DNA from: Phoronis australis
Taxonomy: Eukaryota > Animalia > Phoronida
Length of the DNA: 64,000 nt
Direction: 5' to 3'
Assembly: GCA_002633005.1 (NCBI GenBank)
Contig: NMRA01000047.1
Coordinates: forward strand, 1,017,326 to 1,081,325
Position numbers and translations under genes: made by a program. Each line of letters begins with the position of its first letter. The stretch's first letter is position 1. The notes under the pieces are model-generated. The model was not told where the DNA came from. It made no database searches and was given only the letters and a program-made list of their open reading frames with translations. Shown here one piece after another: positions 1 through 12,818 of this stretch.

Positions 1-315
1 AACGTTATAAAATTGGTCTCAAATTGTCCCTGAGTCAAAACATGCCATTTATGGGCTTGAAAGGAACGATTATTGCTTGAAACCAGAGGCTACAAGTGGA
101 CTTGTCACAGCAAATCATTCTATTCGTCCAGTGTCGTCTCCAGGAATAACGAACTGTCAATTCTTTGCAGGACCAAAAATCACTGCTCGTCCAGGTGAGG
201 AACAAATTGAGACCAACTTTCTGGCGGTAAATGGTCTGAAGCAGACGTACGTTCCTTCGATGGAACACTGGTTTACAGTTGTTTAAGTAACTGGAAGACA
301 GTAACATATACTAAC

Positions 316-3300
316 CTGAGAAACTGGTCACTAGTAGTACCCGCGTGCATGAAGGCATTGGCGATGACAGTGGCAGTATGACAAACTGAGTTACGCACAG
401 CGTCCTGTAGGGATGAACCAACCAAGTATGAACAATGCATGTCAGTACACAAACACAGGGAACTTAAACCGCACAGTTCGAAGAGGTAAAAATCCAAAGC
501 TTCAGACCAAGATCAACTAAAATGCCGTCTCTGAACTCCATGCCAGACATAGCACAATCAGAATTCCAATTAATTCATCAAACAAACAAAATAATCAAAC
601 TAAACCCAAGGATCACAACTAAAACAAATGAGTGTACCAGCATAATAGTCACGCTATTTGTGAGCCCCAAATATGCGGACACAATCTAACTTTAAGTGAA
701 AAGGAGAAATTTGATGAGCATGATCCACAATAACTTTGGAAGTGAAGAAATTGAGACAGATCCAATTCATAAGCAGACAAGGATGTCATAAGATCTCTCC
801 TCTACTAGTAGAATCAACAGATTTCTCAAGTAAGGTGTAAATCTATGGTCCAATTTTTCATATAAAACTAATAAAAGAAAACTCAAGACAGTGAAGTTAT
901 TCACTCCGTTTTTAGAAACAAGAAAGGATATTAAGACGAAAGACACAAAAAGTGTCTGTCAAACCATTTTTGTAAACCACATAGACTACTGCTATTGCTC
1001 AAATCAGTTTCAGTCATTAAGTTTACTAATAGACCACTAGGCTTGACTCAAGGTTATGCAGTACCTTATCAACAAGTCAGGATATTTAGCCAAACCAGTT
1101 TCAATCATAAAGTTTACTAACAGACCACTAGGCTTGACTCAAGGTTATGCAGTACCTTATCAACAAGTCAGGATATTTAGCCAAATCAGTTTCAGTCATA
1201 AAGTTTACTAATAGACCACTAGGCTTGACTCAAGGTTATGCAGTACCTTATCAACAAGTCAGGATATTTAGCCAAACCAGTTACAAAACTATAGATTTCA
1301 ACTCAGTTAAGATATGCATTTTCTGACAGTAGAAAGCCTGTGGAATTTCATTTTTGACGTTTTACTATTCTGATATTAATTGGATCACGGGACCATGTTT
1401 TTTTAGTAAAACTTACCAAAGCACGATAGGCACATTGATATCAAAACAGCAACAACAACAGCGTAAAAATTTATTTGCAATAAATGTTCAAGACGATGTC
1501 TCAAAAACACTGTTGCAGTTTTCTAAAACATTATTTTGTTTCAATTTCATGCAACTTTAGAAAACCATAAAAGTCCTATTTACGATAGCTTCTCAAGCAA
1601 AAAAGGGGGCAGTTAAAAAACAAACCCTAAACCCGTTTTAGAGAACAGTACCTTAAACAAAGTATCTGAAATTTTCATATGAATCCAATCAGACACCTCT
1701 GAGATAGTTTGGATTTTTCCAGGGTCTTACATAACCTTAACACCTCAAGATGACAAACGAGAACTTAAAACTAGAATAACAAGACGAGTGAGAATCTTAT
1801 GCCTGAAGCAACATTTAACAAACCTGTATAGTTTACTGACCTTTGTGTTTTTAAGTATGAGTAGATCTGTTTTGTTGTTTCTGATGAGAAACTGTAGATG
1901 CAGCTCTCGCGTGGTCTCTCCGCCTAATATTGTATGAAGTTTCGTTATCCGATCCTGTATAGACCGGTCTTCAGTGCTCTGAAAATACAAGAAATAGTAT
2001 TTTCATTTTTCATTCTCTAACAGCAAAATTAATTTTAAGCAAAAAGTTTGTCCATTCATTTTTTACATCCAATGTGGCTAATTTCAGCCAATGGCTTGGA
2101 TCTTCAGAATGAGAAACGTAAATACACATACTAAATAATGTTAAGTATTTTGCCAATTATCAAATGACTTAATCTACCTTACTTGATTAGCAGCAAGGGC
2201 TCAGTGCTATCTTACCAAATCCTCTAGTTTTGGACCAGCTGTAGGTGGAGGCTGACTTTGTGCTTCGTCTGTTTCCATAGCACTGAAAGGAATAATAGCA
2301 GAACTGCAATCTCCAAATAAGGCCAAAACAAGTTGGTTCTGGATGTAAATTTCCATTTTAGTTTGCACACAGATCACTACCCTGACTCGAGAAGACCATG
2401 GTTTAGCCTAAAATGTGAAAAATTATCAACATAACACAAGCAGCAATGTTTCGTTATTATAAAAAACACAGTGTTGCGTTTTCAATACGAATGTCTCGGC
2501 TACAACCGGACTTACAACCTCAGATAAAATAGCCCGATGCATTCTTTGCACCATGGCAGTTTTCATGATAAGCTACTGCAGTAGCTTTCATCAACACTGG
2601 TCCCAACATTAGGAGTATGGTGAAGAAATGGGGCTGATAGACAATGTAAGCAACAGCTTATTTTTACCAGGATTGAGGTCGCTAATAGAAAATCCAACCT
2701 GGACCGTAGTTAATTTCAATCCACACTCTGATTACTACTGACTAAGAGCCACTAGGGCAGGCAACAGCAGGTCTTTTGATGACACCACACTATTGAGTGC
2801 ATATGTTTGCAGACAGTGCGGCCTAGTGGTAGAAAGGCCGCCGCTTCAAATCCTACCAGACAACACTGCTAGAAGGTTGAGTATGTTCCCCTACTCCGTA
2901 AGTCATTTTGTACGCACTGTGGTGTAGTGTCACAGATTGCTTGTACAGTACATGACAAAAATGAATTAGACAGGGAATGCTGGGTCATTTTGTATGATTA
3001 TTTTGGGTGTCTTCTATTCATGAGATGTAACAGTTGTAAATTAGACTCAGGCTACAACATGTAAAACGACTTCTAAGAATAGCGTCTATTCTTCCTATTA
3101 TAATTGGTTTAACTTGAAAGTTGAATAAAAATTGTCCCACTCAAGAATCAGCCCCACCCACCTTTCTTTCTCCTCCTTCTGCCCAGGGGCAGGGCTGGCG
3201 GGTATGGGAATGGGGGCGCACGCTCTCAACGCCGCCTGCACCCTCTGCAGGAACTTCTGTGTGGCACTCTCGTAAAGGTCAAAGCCGATCTGGTAGGCCA

Positions 3301-6300
3301 TTAAAGTGCTATCCTCACCGGCTTTGGTTAGTTTCTCCAGGATGTCAGCTACTGACTGAGGCTCATCCAGGAATATAAAGCACTGGAATAGCAGCGACAG
3401 CATAGGCTATACAATGACATTACTAGATTTCTGCAAACAGGCCCATTTTCAGAAACTTCTCCAAAACATAGGCCATTTCCACAACCATGATTAAGAAATT
3501 ATTTTAGTTGGTAGGATTCCCAGCATAGACAATGGCAGCAAATGTGACACAAAAACAAGAGCACAGTTCAGCAAGCAAACAAAACTACAGTTGTGTTAGT
3601 GCCACAAACTCTTAACCACACGTGTTGGTCCTCATTTCATGTCAGTCTCGCTGACCTATTTTCCATTTAAAGGTCTAACATTCAGGTTAAAAACAAGCAA
3701 AAATATTACTTTTTCCGAATATATGAACCGGAGCTCGCTGTCACAAATTCCCGGTAATCAAGTATTACAATAAGAGTGACAACAGTTGGTAATTACCAAA
3801 ATAGTAACAGCATATACTACAAACATCCGCTAACTTCCAGTTTGTTAATTTACTGTGCTTGTGCGAGCGCTGATATTGGGGAACTTAAAAATCAGGGGGT
3901 GAACGTAAATGCCCAAAACCTACGTTTACATCAGACTCGCATACACAGTCAATTAAAGCATAGTTCGAGAGAAATTGTTTTCGCACCTGAATAAGGCAAC
4001 ATGCCATTGAAATTCTGAGTGTTTGTTAACTAAAGGAATCGGCCAGTTTCTTAAGTTTTAGGAGCTTAATTTCACATGAGATGAGCATTCACATAGGCAC
4101 AGACATTTTCAAGGAATTCTCTATCACATAAATTGGAGGTAGGCATTAGATGTTTAAAACTTGGAAATTTCTGGACGTTAGCATTTAGCACAACATGGCG
4201 CATTGATCGGGATAAGTACAGTAACTGCTTTACACAATGTACAAGTGTGCTCTTTTTGAACAGAATTATTTCAGAGTGAGGATCGCATTATATTGAAAGC
4301 ACCAGGACAGACACAGATTTGTGATGTGAAGTGATTCCTGAATACTAACGTTATGTAAACATTTATTTAAGGAAAGCATCAGTGAGAAATTATGCTAAAA
4401 TTGGGAAAAAATATTGGAATTGATGTGCACAAATTGTGATAGTGCATGAGGGAACAGTAAATTTCTTGAGAGCTCCTATTTTGGGAATTAAATACTCAAG
4501 TCACATAGTGCCAACACAAAAGAATGAATGATGATGATAACTGCAATGTCATCTTGTACTTCCAAATAGACTAGAAGAATTTTGTAAGTAACACAAGATA
4601 TTCCAGAACACGTTACCTGGCAGACATTGATATAATCGGGCGTGGCCAGGTTCAGGTATAACTTGACGAGCACACGGAGGACCGTGTTGCGGAACTGTCG
4701 GTTCTGTATGAGCGACATGCACACCTTGAGGCTGTACGATAACATGGCTGCCACGTCACTAGATTTCAAGATGGCAGCCTCGAAGATGTCAATACGTCTC
4801 GTCTCCAGGGAGATTCCCACAGCCTGTTTAATTGCATTGTTAATGATAGAATACAAATTTGGCATAAAATTAACATACAAAGCAAATGTCAACATAGATA
4901 ATAGACTGTTAAAATCTTAAGAGCAAAGTAAACATATAAACAGTCCATAACAATATTGTTCAACAGGTTTTCAATTAAGAAGAAAATGTAGTACACGGAG
5001 GCAAACAGTAGATTTTTTTAAAAGCCATCAAGCTCATTAGACAAACATGTAAATGCAGCGTAAGCAGATCAATCTACCAACTCCCCATGGATAGGACACA
5101 AGCCACTCAACCCAAGCTGGTACTCATCTGCACAGCTGCATGAAGTAGAGTAAATTAAATGCCACACTCCCCTACACAACTGATATGTCAGAGGCAACAT
5201 CAACAGCACTTTGGATGAGATTCGCCCATCACTCAGCAGCACAGCCACTACAGTAGACTATGCAACTCAGATGAACTAAGTTTTCAGAAAAATGCAAACA
5301 TAAGCAGGGCTCGACATAAGCAAGTATACGCTCGAAAAAAACGAGTAGGAAAAAAAAATTTCAAACAGAAATTCGAGCTCACTAGTACAGACGCTGTCCA
5401 ATATCCAAAATTTTTTATTTTATTTTTTCATTGTCACATTTTCAAGTGCAAATCTGAAAATACCAGTGCAGAATATGCCACCACTCATTTTTGAGTGGGC
5501 ATTTTCTCCTGTGCCAAGCGCTGTGCACAGTAATCTTCTTGTTTAACAATCATTTTTTCCGATTGCTGCAACTTGCACTCAACACTACCTGAACACTGAA
5601 AGTACTAATGAGTATGGCCTTGTAAGCTGATGACTGAGCTGAAATCTCTCACCTGCTTGAACTGTTGGTCCTCAAAGCACCTGGCAAACATTCGGTTGAC
5701 AATGGCCTCCAGGCGTGGGTCAATCCCCTTGGCCTCGCTGTCCAATCCTTCGGCATTACTCACTCTAAGCTTAGTATAGTGGTCGATGCACTTGGCTGAA
5801 AGTTACACGCATAGTTAGTCGCCTGACTATCTGGCGTTTAACTTTTGACTCGGCATGTATTTGGGCAACAATATGCCAGTCCTTTTAACACTTCGCACTC
5901 TGTGAATTTATCAAGGGCCCTCTTGGAAAGCAGTGCTATCACTGAAGAGGCCACCCTCATTTTAAAAAAAATTACAATAAAAAAATAAAACCAACTGATA
6001 TCAAGAATGCCATTATGTGGAATTGAACTCAATCTTTAGTAACGAATCAATTGTTAGCCAGTACCAAATTTTAGTTCCACAACACAATGTTTACATTCAT
6101 AGAAACATGGTATTCACTCCATTCATCTTTCTACTAAAACTTAAAGGACATACTCCAATTGCTCCAACAGTGAGTAGTATAACAGACAGGTGTTCAGTGC
6201 TCTGGTAGTTAAAGCAGTGGCCAAATGAGGTCACTGTTTTAATTCCTCAGTTCAAGCTATTGGTTGTCAATACAAACCCTTTAATCAGGGAGGTTGTTCT

Positions 6301-8896
6301 TGATGTTGGCGAGCCAAAAATGGGATGGCAAAAACTAAGTAGCTGTCACCTCAAAACTGTTTAAACTTAAATTTGCAATTTTAATGACAAACTATCAATT
6401 GAATATCTATCATAATTGTAAACATATAACTGTGGGACTCAATAGTATTGCTATATGAAATTCTGTTTGCCATAAAACTCACCAATAATGGTTTCCACAT
6501 ATTCTGAAGTGTCATTTACATCGAATAAATCGCCAGCGCCCAAGGCATAGGTGAGAGATTCCTCAAATGCACCCAGATGATAGAAGACTTTGGATGCCAC
6601 CAGTGCAGCTAACTCGCGGCTTTTGAATGATTCGTCCTCATACAGCATTTCACTAGAAATATCATTCAAGGGCAAATTGCTAAGTAATGTTTTGACCAAT
6701 TGTGGTTTAGTCATCTACAAGGTTGACTGCTAGAAATTCTGTCAGCATTACCATTACCCCAGTTCAGAGCATATGATTGGTTCCTTTATTAAACAAAAGG
6801 CGGTGTTTTTTCCAGGGCAAAAAGGCCTCAGTAGTTGCCTTAAGAGGATACCGAATTTTATTTTGGAAATTTCAACCACAAATGTCTCTGTCTGATTCTA
6901 TTGGGTATTTTCCTTGATAAATGAAAGTTCAATTCAGCTAAAAAATTACACACAGCCTCAAATACTAAATTATTTGGATCAAGACTGATGCTCTTTCCAC
7001 ACACTAATCACTTAACTCGACCAAAGCGTTAGTGAAAAATAGGAGAATTTGTGAAGTCCTTTCAAAGTTGTTTTAAACTTTTGAGGGCTAACGATAATTA
7101 CAGCTTGAAAAGTTTTGCTTAAAAAATATATAGATCTTGTTGCTAGACCAAAACACGATTTAGAGTCTTTATAACTAAGTTGCTAATGAGTCTCAAGTTT
7201 CCATTTGTTTGGAGAACATCTGAAGCTAATAGTTGAAAAATGCGGAAAATTCTTACATGCTGTCCACAGCTTCAGAGATCTCTGCCCAAAACACATCGAC
7301 AATCTGGTTCAGCTTGTTAAGAGCGAATGTCTTAACCTCTGTCTCCGGCTCATGAAGGAGGGAAATCACACCAGCTGGAAAATAATAATTCAATGATAAT
7401 TAATGATAAAAATTATGATGATGATCTTAAAAAGACCGAAAACCACAACGTGTATGACGTGACAGTGCAAAACGTTCAGACACTTCTGCAGTGTTGAGTA
7501 CGAGGATATTTGGCGATTCAATTTTCCTGAGGACATTACCCTTCGGTAATAGTCGGATAACTTGGTCCCAATTCAAATTCTGTCAGGAATATTTGAAAAA
7601 TAAAATGAAGTGTCGCAATATACAATTGCCCACTCCCATGGATCACGCGCGCCACTCCACTCTCACTTTTTCGTGAAATCTACAACATTTNATTGGGTAT
7701 TTTCCTTGATAAATGAAAGTTCAATTCAGCTAAAAAATTACACACAGCCTCAAATACTAAATTATTTGGATCAAGATTGATGCTCTTCCCACACACTAAT
7801 CACTTAACTCGACCAAAGCGTTAGTGAAAAATAGGAGAATTTGTGAAGTCCTTTCAAAGTTGTTTTAAACTTTTGAGGGCTAACGATAATTACAGCTTGA
7901 AAAGTTTTGCTTAAAAAATATATAGATCTTGTTGCTAGATTAAAACACGATTTAGAGTCTTTATAACTAAGTTGCTAATGAGTCTCAGTCAAGTTTCCAT
8001 TTGTTTGGAGAACATCTGAAGCTAATAGTTGAAAAATGCGGAAAATTCTTACATGCTGTCCACAGCTTCAGAGATCTCTGCCCAAAACACATCGACAATC
8101 TGGTTCAGCTTGTTAAGAGCAAATGTCTTAACCTCTGTCTCCGGCTCATGAAGGAGGGAAATCACACCAGCTAGAAAATAATAATTCAATGATAATTAAT
8201 GATAAAAATCATGATGATGATCTTAAAAAAACCGAAAACCACAAAGTGTATGACGTGACAGTGCAAAAAACTCAGACACTTCTGCAGTGTTGAGTACAAG
8301 GAGGATATTTGGCGATTCAATTTTCCTGAGGACATTACCCTTCATTCCATAAATTTATTATATCACAGCAATCCTGACTTCATTATTTCAATATAACACT
8401 TTGATTTTCAAGAAAAATGACATGTGTAGTTCGGGCATTTGCACAGCGGTACTCAATCATTGACACCATATTTTGACAGTATTTTTGTTGATAGCTATAT
8501 GAATGACTGGCATCTGCTTTGAGGTGTTTTCACAATAAAATTGAGTAATGAACGGGAACCAGGTTTCAATTGAATGAATAACGATCATAAGGACATGTCT
8601 ACGGCTTTACGACCCGTACTCTTGACTATCTGTGAAACTGGTTCCAGTCAGCCATAGTGTATTTAAAAGTTGTATTCTGAAGAGTTAGCATGACATAATC
8701 TGTGTAGGCCTAAGTGTGTACTAATTCATTGCGACAATCAAAATAATGAAATGAAACAGAGGATGGCAACGGCGCTTCTGGCGGAGAGTGAGTCAGCGAA
8801 CTTTTCGATTCGCTAATAAAACTTTCCTCACAAAATTCTGTACCCTAGAAGGGTGTGGATGACAGTTAAAGTCCTACCTGAAGATGTGATGTTCAT
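316..8896 (-). CDS. PSMD1: 26S proteasome non-ATPase regulatory subunit 1 (Rpn2), 5' part, 9 coding exons; gene continues beyond the left edge
   Basis: Exons 8878-8896, 7257-7374 (duplicate 8053-8170), 6483-6652, 5653-5795, 4617-4823, 3162-3382, 2216-2282, 1841-1978, 316-404; all GT-AG and phase-compatible (1172 nt). Translation [112 protein letters not shown] matches the PSMD1/Rpn2 N-terminus as I recall it. Confidence 0.96.
1000..1282. repeat. Intronic tandem repeat, 91-nt unit, 3 copies plus a partial copy
   Basis: Unit ...aagtttactaatagaccactaggcttgactcaaggttatgcagtaccttatcaacaagtcaggatatttagcc; gatatttagc recurs at 1081, 1172 and 1263. Confidence 0.93.
1482..1715 (+). repeat. Dispersed interspersed-repeat fragment, related copy at about 50938-51155
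   Basis: aatgttcaagacgatgtctcaaaaacactgttgcagttttctaaaa...gatagcttctcaagcaaaa...atgaatccaatc aligns by eye to aatgttcaagacgagatctcaaaaaaacgctgttacagtttcctaaaa...gatagcccctcatgtaaaa...atgaatccaatc. Confidence 0.7.
3667..4000. mobile_element. Possible non-autonomous DNA transposon relic (TTAA-flanked, imperfect terminal inverted repeats)
   Basis: Left end ttaaaggtctaacattcaggttaaaaacaa; right end ttgttttcgcacctgaata, whose reverse complement is tattcaggtgcgaaaacaa. Confidence 0.35.
5075..5250 (-). mobile_element. Degenerate SINE-like relic
   Basis: Reverse strand reads tttactctac..cagctgtg..atgagtacc..gtgtcctatccatggggagt, resembling the central and 3' parts of the element at 21033-21262. Confidence 0.4.
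5305..5523. mobile_element. MITE with CAGGGCTCGAC terminal inverted repeat (hAT-like end)
   Basis: Left end cagggctcgac (5305-5315) then cgctcgaaaaaaacgagt; right end actcatttttgagtggg..gccaagcgctg is a decayed inverse. The same TIR occurs as gtcgagccctg at 10834-10844. Confidence 0.55.
6900..8343. repeat. Tandem near-identical block pair (6900-7544 and 7692-8343), second copy starting at the single N at 7691
   Basis: Direct comparison shows only scattered SNPs and short indels; each copy holds PSMD1 exon 2. Confidence 0.92.
8053..8170 (-). CDS. PSMD1: Second copy of PSMD1 exon 2 (probable alternate haplotype)
   Basis: 118 nt, same peptide as 7257-7374 (one synonymous TTC/TTT change); lies in the block that starts right after the N at 7691. 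Confidence 0.8.
8788..8798 (+). promoter_or_regulatory. ARE/MARE-like element GTGAGTCAGCG in PSMD1 intron 1 (copy at 11163-11173)
   Basis: Fits the RTGA(C/G)nnnGC CNC-sMaf consensus, about 80 nt from exon 1; identical in both copies. Confidence 0.5.
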
Positions 8897-9291
8897 TTTT
8901 GAAGAATTCTTTGATCGAGTTAAACTACTAACAAACTTAATTGATCAGTGATACAAAAACTTTCGCATGTAGAAACAACAAAGATGTCCGCACTGGTTCG
9001 CGAAAGCCGCATCCGGTCTTTAGGGACATCTGGTGTTGGAAGATTAAACTAGATCCGCGGCCCAGTGTTGCCGAAAAGCTCTTTGTCATATTTTCTTTAC
9101 ACCTGGCTCATTTTGAGACCTGTGTTCACTTACTAAAAAACATAAATAGGCCTATCACTCATGCTGACGGAAACTTAACAAAATGTCAGTAAATTTCAAT
9201 GAATTGTTTTCAGTTTGGCTATCGGTTGAAGAAATGTAACACACTCGGTGTTTTATAACGGTCACTAGGCCCTGTGCTTGTTTTTATGTTC

Positions 9292-9302
9292 GTGACTCTG
9301 CA
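9292..9302 (+). promoter_or_regulatory. ARE-like element GTGACTCTGCA upstream of PSMD1 (copy at 11674-11684)
   Basis: Full RTGACnnnGCA consensus about 400 nt upstream of the ATG; identical in both copies. Confidence 0.55.
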
Positions 9303-10017
9303 CACCGATTTAAAACAAACATTTTACTTGCGGTTGATTTACTTTACTATATACTTTAACCACAAATTAACATAGAATGAAAGAAAATCCCAGAAGAAAA
9401 AGAACAATTTAATGGCAATTCAGTTGTGAAAACTTTGGAAGCATAAGTCATATCAGCTTTTGGAAAACTGCAAGAGGAACGAAGTTTCGTAATCGGTAAC
9501 AATTGTCATTCAGGTTATATTATTCGCAATACTATATCTTGCGACACTCAGAATACATTGATATGGCCTTGTTTCCGGAGTTAGACTAAATAATGTGCGT
9601 AAATCACATTTGGGATCGAGTCGAATATACATATGATAATAGTCCTAGATCACATGTCACAGTAGTGCCGTGACTGAAGTGGCGATTCATTCCCCAAGCC
9701 ATTTTCAGGTACGAAAAATATTGTACTAAAATGTACAGAAGATACATGTTAAAACCATTTCATAAATTTTGTGAAGCAGTAAACCGGCAACAAAATTCAG
9801 CAATCCGATTCTCAGTAACCCGACGGGAACTAATAAAAGAAATGAGTGCATGACTTAACGACAGATTTATTAAAAAGGATAATAAATCCTGTTCTGGGTG
9901 ATTTTGACTAGTTTTCGGTCCCTGGCTTCCCAATTGAGTGATAAAAGCAAGGTGGCATCACTCAATGGGTCACAGAGTGGCCATCGTAGTTTTTGGTGGG
10001 TGATCTGTCACCCCGGG

Positions 10018-10388
10018 TGTAACGGGGGCGGTATCTACGACCAAGGCGCCCCGATTTTACGAGCCCGGTGCGGACTGAGGGTGATATTGAAAACTAAAAG
10101 TTGGTGAATAATACATAGGTTTATTGTAAGAATATATGACTACAATATTTCACACTTACAAGCAATCCAGTTGTTCCATGACTTAGTATCGCAGCGTTGT
10201 GATTTATACAGTTCTGATACACGGGCAAGCCAGTCGCTGATTAATAGTTGTGTGTGCAAGAACGGGGCAATTTGGTTATTCAGATCCGAAAGGTGAGATG
10301 CAATCAAGCTCGGGAGGAGCCCGAGAATTGCATGGGGCTAAACTGTTGGCAACCAAGTTCGGGAGGAGCCCGAAAGCTGCACAAACAG
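10018..10388 (-). mobile_element. Probable LTR end of an LTR retrotransposon, truncated by the contig join
   Basis: Begins tgtaacggggg where homology to the sister block stops. On the minus strand it ends ...cccccgttaca, with AATAAA about 100 nt before the end. Internal repeat tcgggaggagcccga occurs twice. Confidence 0.55.
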
Positions 10389-10389
10389 N

Positions 10390-10844
10390 ACCCGAGTTAG
10401 TTTGAATCGTTAACGACTTTGATGACAACAAGTAGCAGCCCAGATCTAAAAATATCCCGGATACTTTTTCAAGGGGCATTTTCTCCCTTTTCACATCGCA
10501 AGTTTAGCTACTCGAATGCACAAGTCAGTTAGAGAGCCCTGATTCAACTTTCACGTCGGCAACTTGCCTTGCGCTCTAGAGTCTTTCAAATGCGGTCGTG
10601 AAGAACAGTAAGGCCGTACCTGCATGAATGAAGTCAATTTTGAGATCCGAAATTTGTGAGTTAACGCTGCAAGTTTAAAGAACAATTTCTCGATGATCTA
10701 AAAAATCTATTTTGGCGCGTAAAAATGGCGGGAAAATTTTGCGACCTGGCATTTACGAATGCGAGCTGGATTTTGAAAATGCGACCTGGGATTTTGGCTA
10801 GGTCGCAAAATGCGACCTGGCGATTTTAATAACGTCGAGCCCTG
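10390..10844. mobile_element. Right end of a CAGGGCTCGAC-TIR non-autonomous DNA transposon
   Basis: Ends gtcgagccctg exactly where homology to 8459 begins; subterminal repeats tgcgacctgg (3 copies) and aggtcgca; related copies at about 29012-29100 and 39945-40147. Confidence 0.7.
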
Positions 10845-11252
10845 ATTGACATCATATTTTGACAGTATTTTTGTTGATTGCTATACGAATGACTGACATC
10901 TGCTTTAAGGTGTTTTCACAATAAAATTGAGTGATGAACGGGAACCAGATTTTAATGAATAACGATCATCACTCAGGACATGTCTCTGGCTTTACGGCCC
11001 GTACTCTTGACTATCTGTGAAACTGGTTCCAGTCAGCCATTGTGCATTTAGGAGTTGTATTCTGAACAGTTAGCATGATATGATCTGTGTAGGCCTAAGT
11101 GAGTACTATCAAAATAATGAAATGAAACAGAGGATGGCAACAGCGCTTCTGCCTGGCGGAGAGTGAGTCAGCGAACTTTTCGATTCGCTAGTAAAACATT
11201 CCTCGCACAATTCTGTACCCAAGAAGGGTGTGGATGACAGTTAAAGTCCTAC

Positions 11253-11271
11253 CTGAAGATGTGATGTTCAT
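11253..11271 (-). CDS. PSMD1: Second copy of PSMD1 first coding exon (MNITSS-), probable alternate haplotype
   Basis: ATGAACATCACATCTTCAG|gtagg is identical to 8878-8896; lies in duplicated block 10845-12392. Confidence 0.8.
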
Positions 11272-12818
11272 TTTTGAAGAATTCTTTGAACGAGTTAAAC
11301 TACTAACAAACTTAATTGATCAGTGATACAAAAACTTTCGCATGTAGAAACAACAAAGATGTCCGCACTGGTTCGCGAAAGCCGCATCCGGTCTTTAGGG
11401 ACATCTGGTGTTGGAAGATTAAACTAGATCAGCGGCCCTGTGTTGCCGCAAAGCTCTTTGTCATATCAGTGGTCTTAACACCTGGCTCATTTTGAGACCT
11501 GTGTTCACTTACTAAAAAACGTGAATAGGCCTATCACTCATGCTGACGGAAACTTAACAAAATGTCAGTAAATTTCAATGTATTGTTTTTCAGTTTGGCT
11601 ATCTGTTGAAGAAATGTAACACATTCGGTGTTTTATAACGGTCACTATGCCATGTGCTATTGTTTTTATGTTCGTGACTCTGCACACCGATTTAAAACAA
11701 ACATTTTACTTACGGTTGATTTACTTTACTATATACTTTAAAAAGAATGAACATAGAATGAAAGAAAATCCCAAAAGAAAAAGAACAATTTAATGGCTAT
11801 TTGTGAAAACTTTGGAAGCATAAGTCATATCAGCTTTTGGAAAACTTCAAGAGGTACGAAGTTTCGTAGTTAGTAACAATTGTCATTCAGGATATATGGT
11901 TTGCAATACTATATCTTGCGACACACAGAAGATATTGATATGGCCTTGTTTCCGAAGTTAAACTAAATAATGTGCGTAAATCACATTTGGGATCGAGTAA
12001 TATACATATGATATTAGTCCTAGATCACATGTAGGTCCGTGACTGAAGTGGCGATTCATTCCCCAAGCCATTTTCAGGTACGAAAAATATTGTACTAAAA
12101 TGTACAGAAGATACATGTTAAAACCATTTCATAAATTTTGTGAGGCAGTGAACCGGCAACAAAATTCAGCAATGCCGCCGATTCTCAGTAACCCGACGGG
12201 AACTAATAAAAGAAATGTGAGTCCATGACTTAACGACAGATTTATTAAAAAGGATAATAAATCCTGTTTTGGGTGATTTCAACTAGTTTTCGTTCGGTCC
12301 CTGGCTTCCCAATTGAGTGATAAAAGCAAGGTGACATCACTCAATGGGTCACAGAGTGGCCATCGTGATTTTTGGTGGGTGATCTGTCACCCACAGACAG
12401 TTGTGTAACTCGTCTATAACTAAGGTAACGCCCTTTACTTGATCGTCAAGTTGGCTTTGTATGAAGTACTCTCACTGCTCCAAAGTTTTGAGGATCGACG
12501 TGGGTTACAGAGACGCACTATTTTCTTTTATAAAGGTGAATGGGAAAGTCGTTGCTCAGATATGTCCGAAAGTATGTTTGGTATCCTTTTAACCAATAAG
12601 ATACAATGTTAAGCACAATCTCTTCTAGATGCAATTTATCTATGGTCATTATGTAACCCTGACTTGAGCTATACGAAACGTTTTGTCTTTGAACAAAGAT
12701 TCCGCCCACTTGGATAGAAACCAACAAATAGCATCATAATTTCGTAACATTGAAACAACCATAAACATGTATTTCATTTTGGCATTTTTTGAACTTCATA
12801 AACTAGTCGAATGTCTTC

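Larger units (their letters stand above)
8459..12392. repeat. Tandem near-identical block pair (8459-10013 and 10845-12392) with TE sequence and a single N (10389) between them
   Basis: Direct comparison; each copy holds PSMD1 exon 1 and its upstream region. Confidence 0.92.

Noticed and set aside
2810-2900. tRNA-like A/B boxes (ggcctagtggtagaa..ttcaaatcc)
   Set aside because: Spacing is too short for a cloverleaf; at most a heavily deleted SINE head.
10845-12392. Alternative PSMD1 promoter and first exon
   Set aside because: Near-identical to 8459-10013 and separated from it by a contig join; allelic redundancy is simpler.
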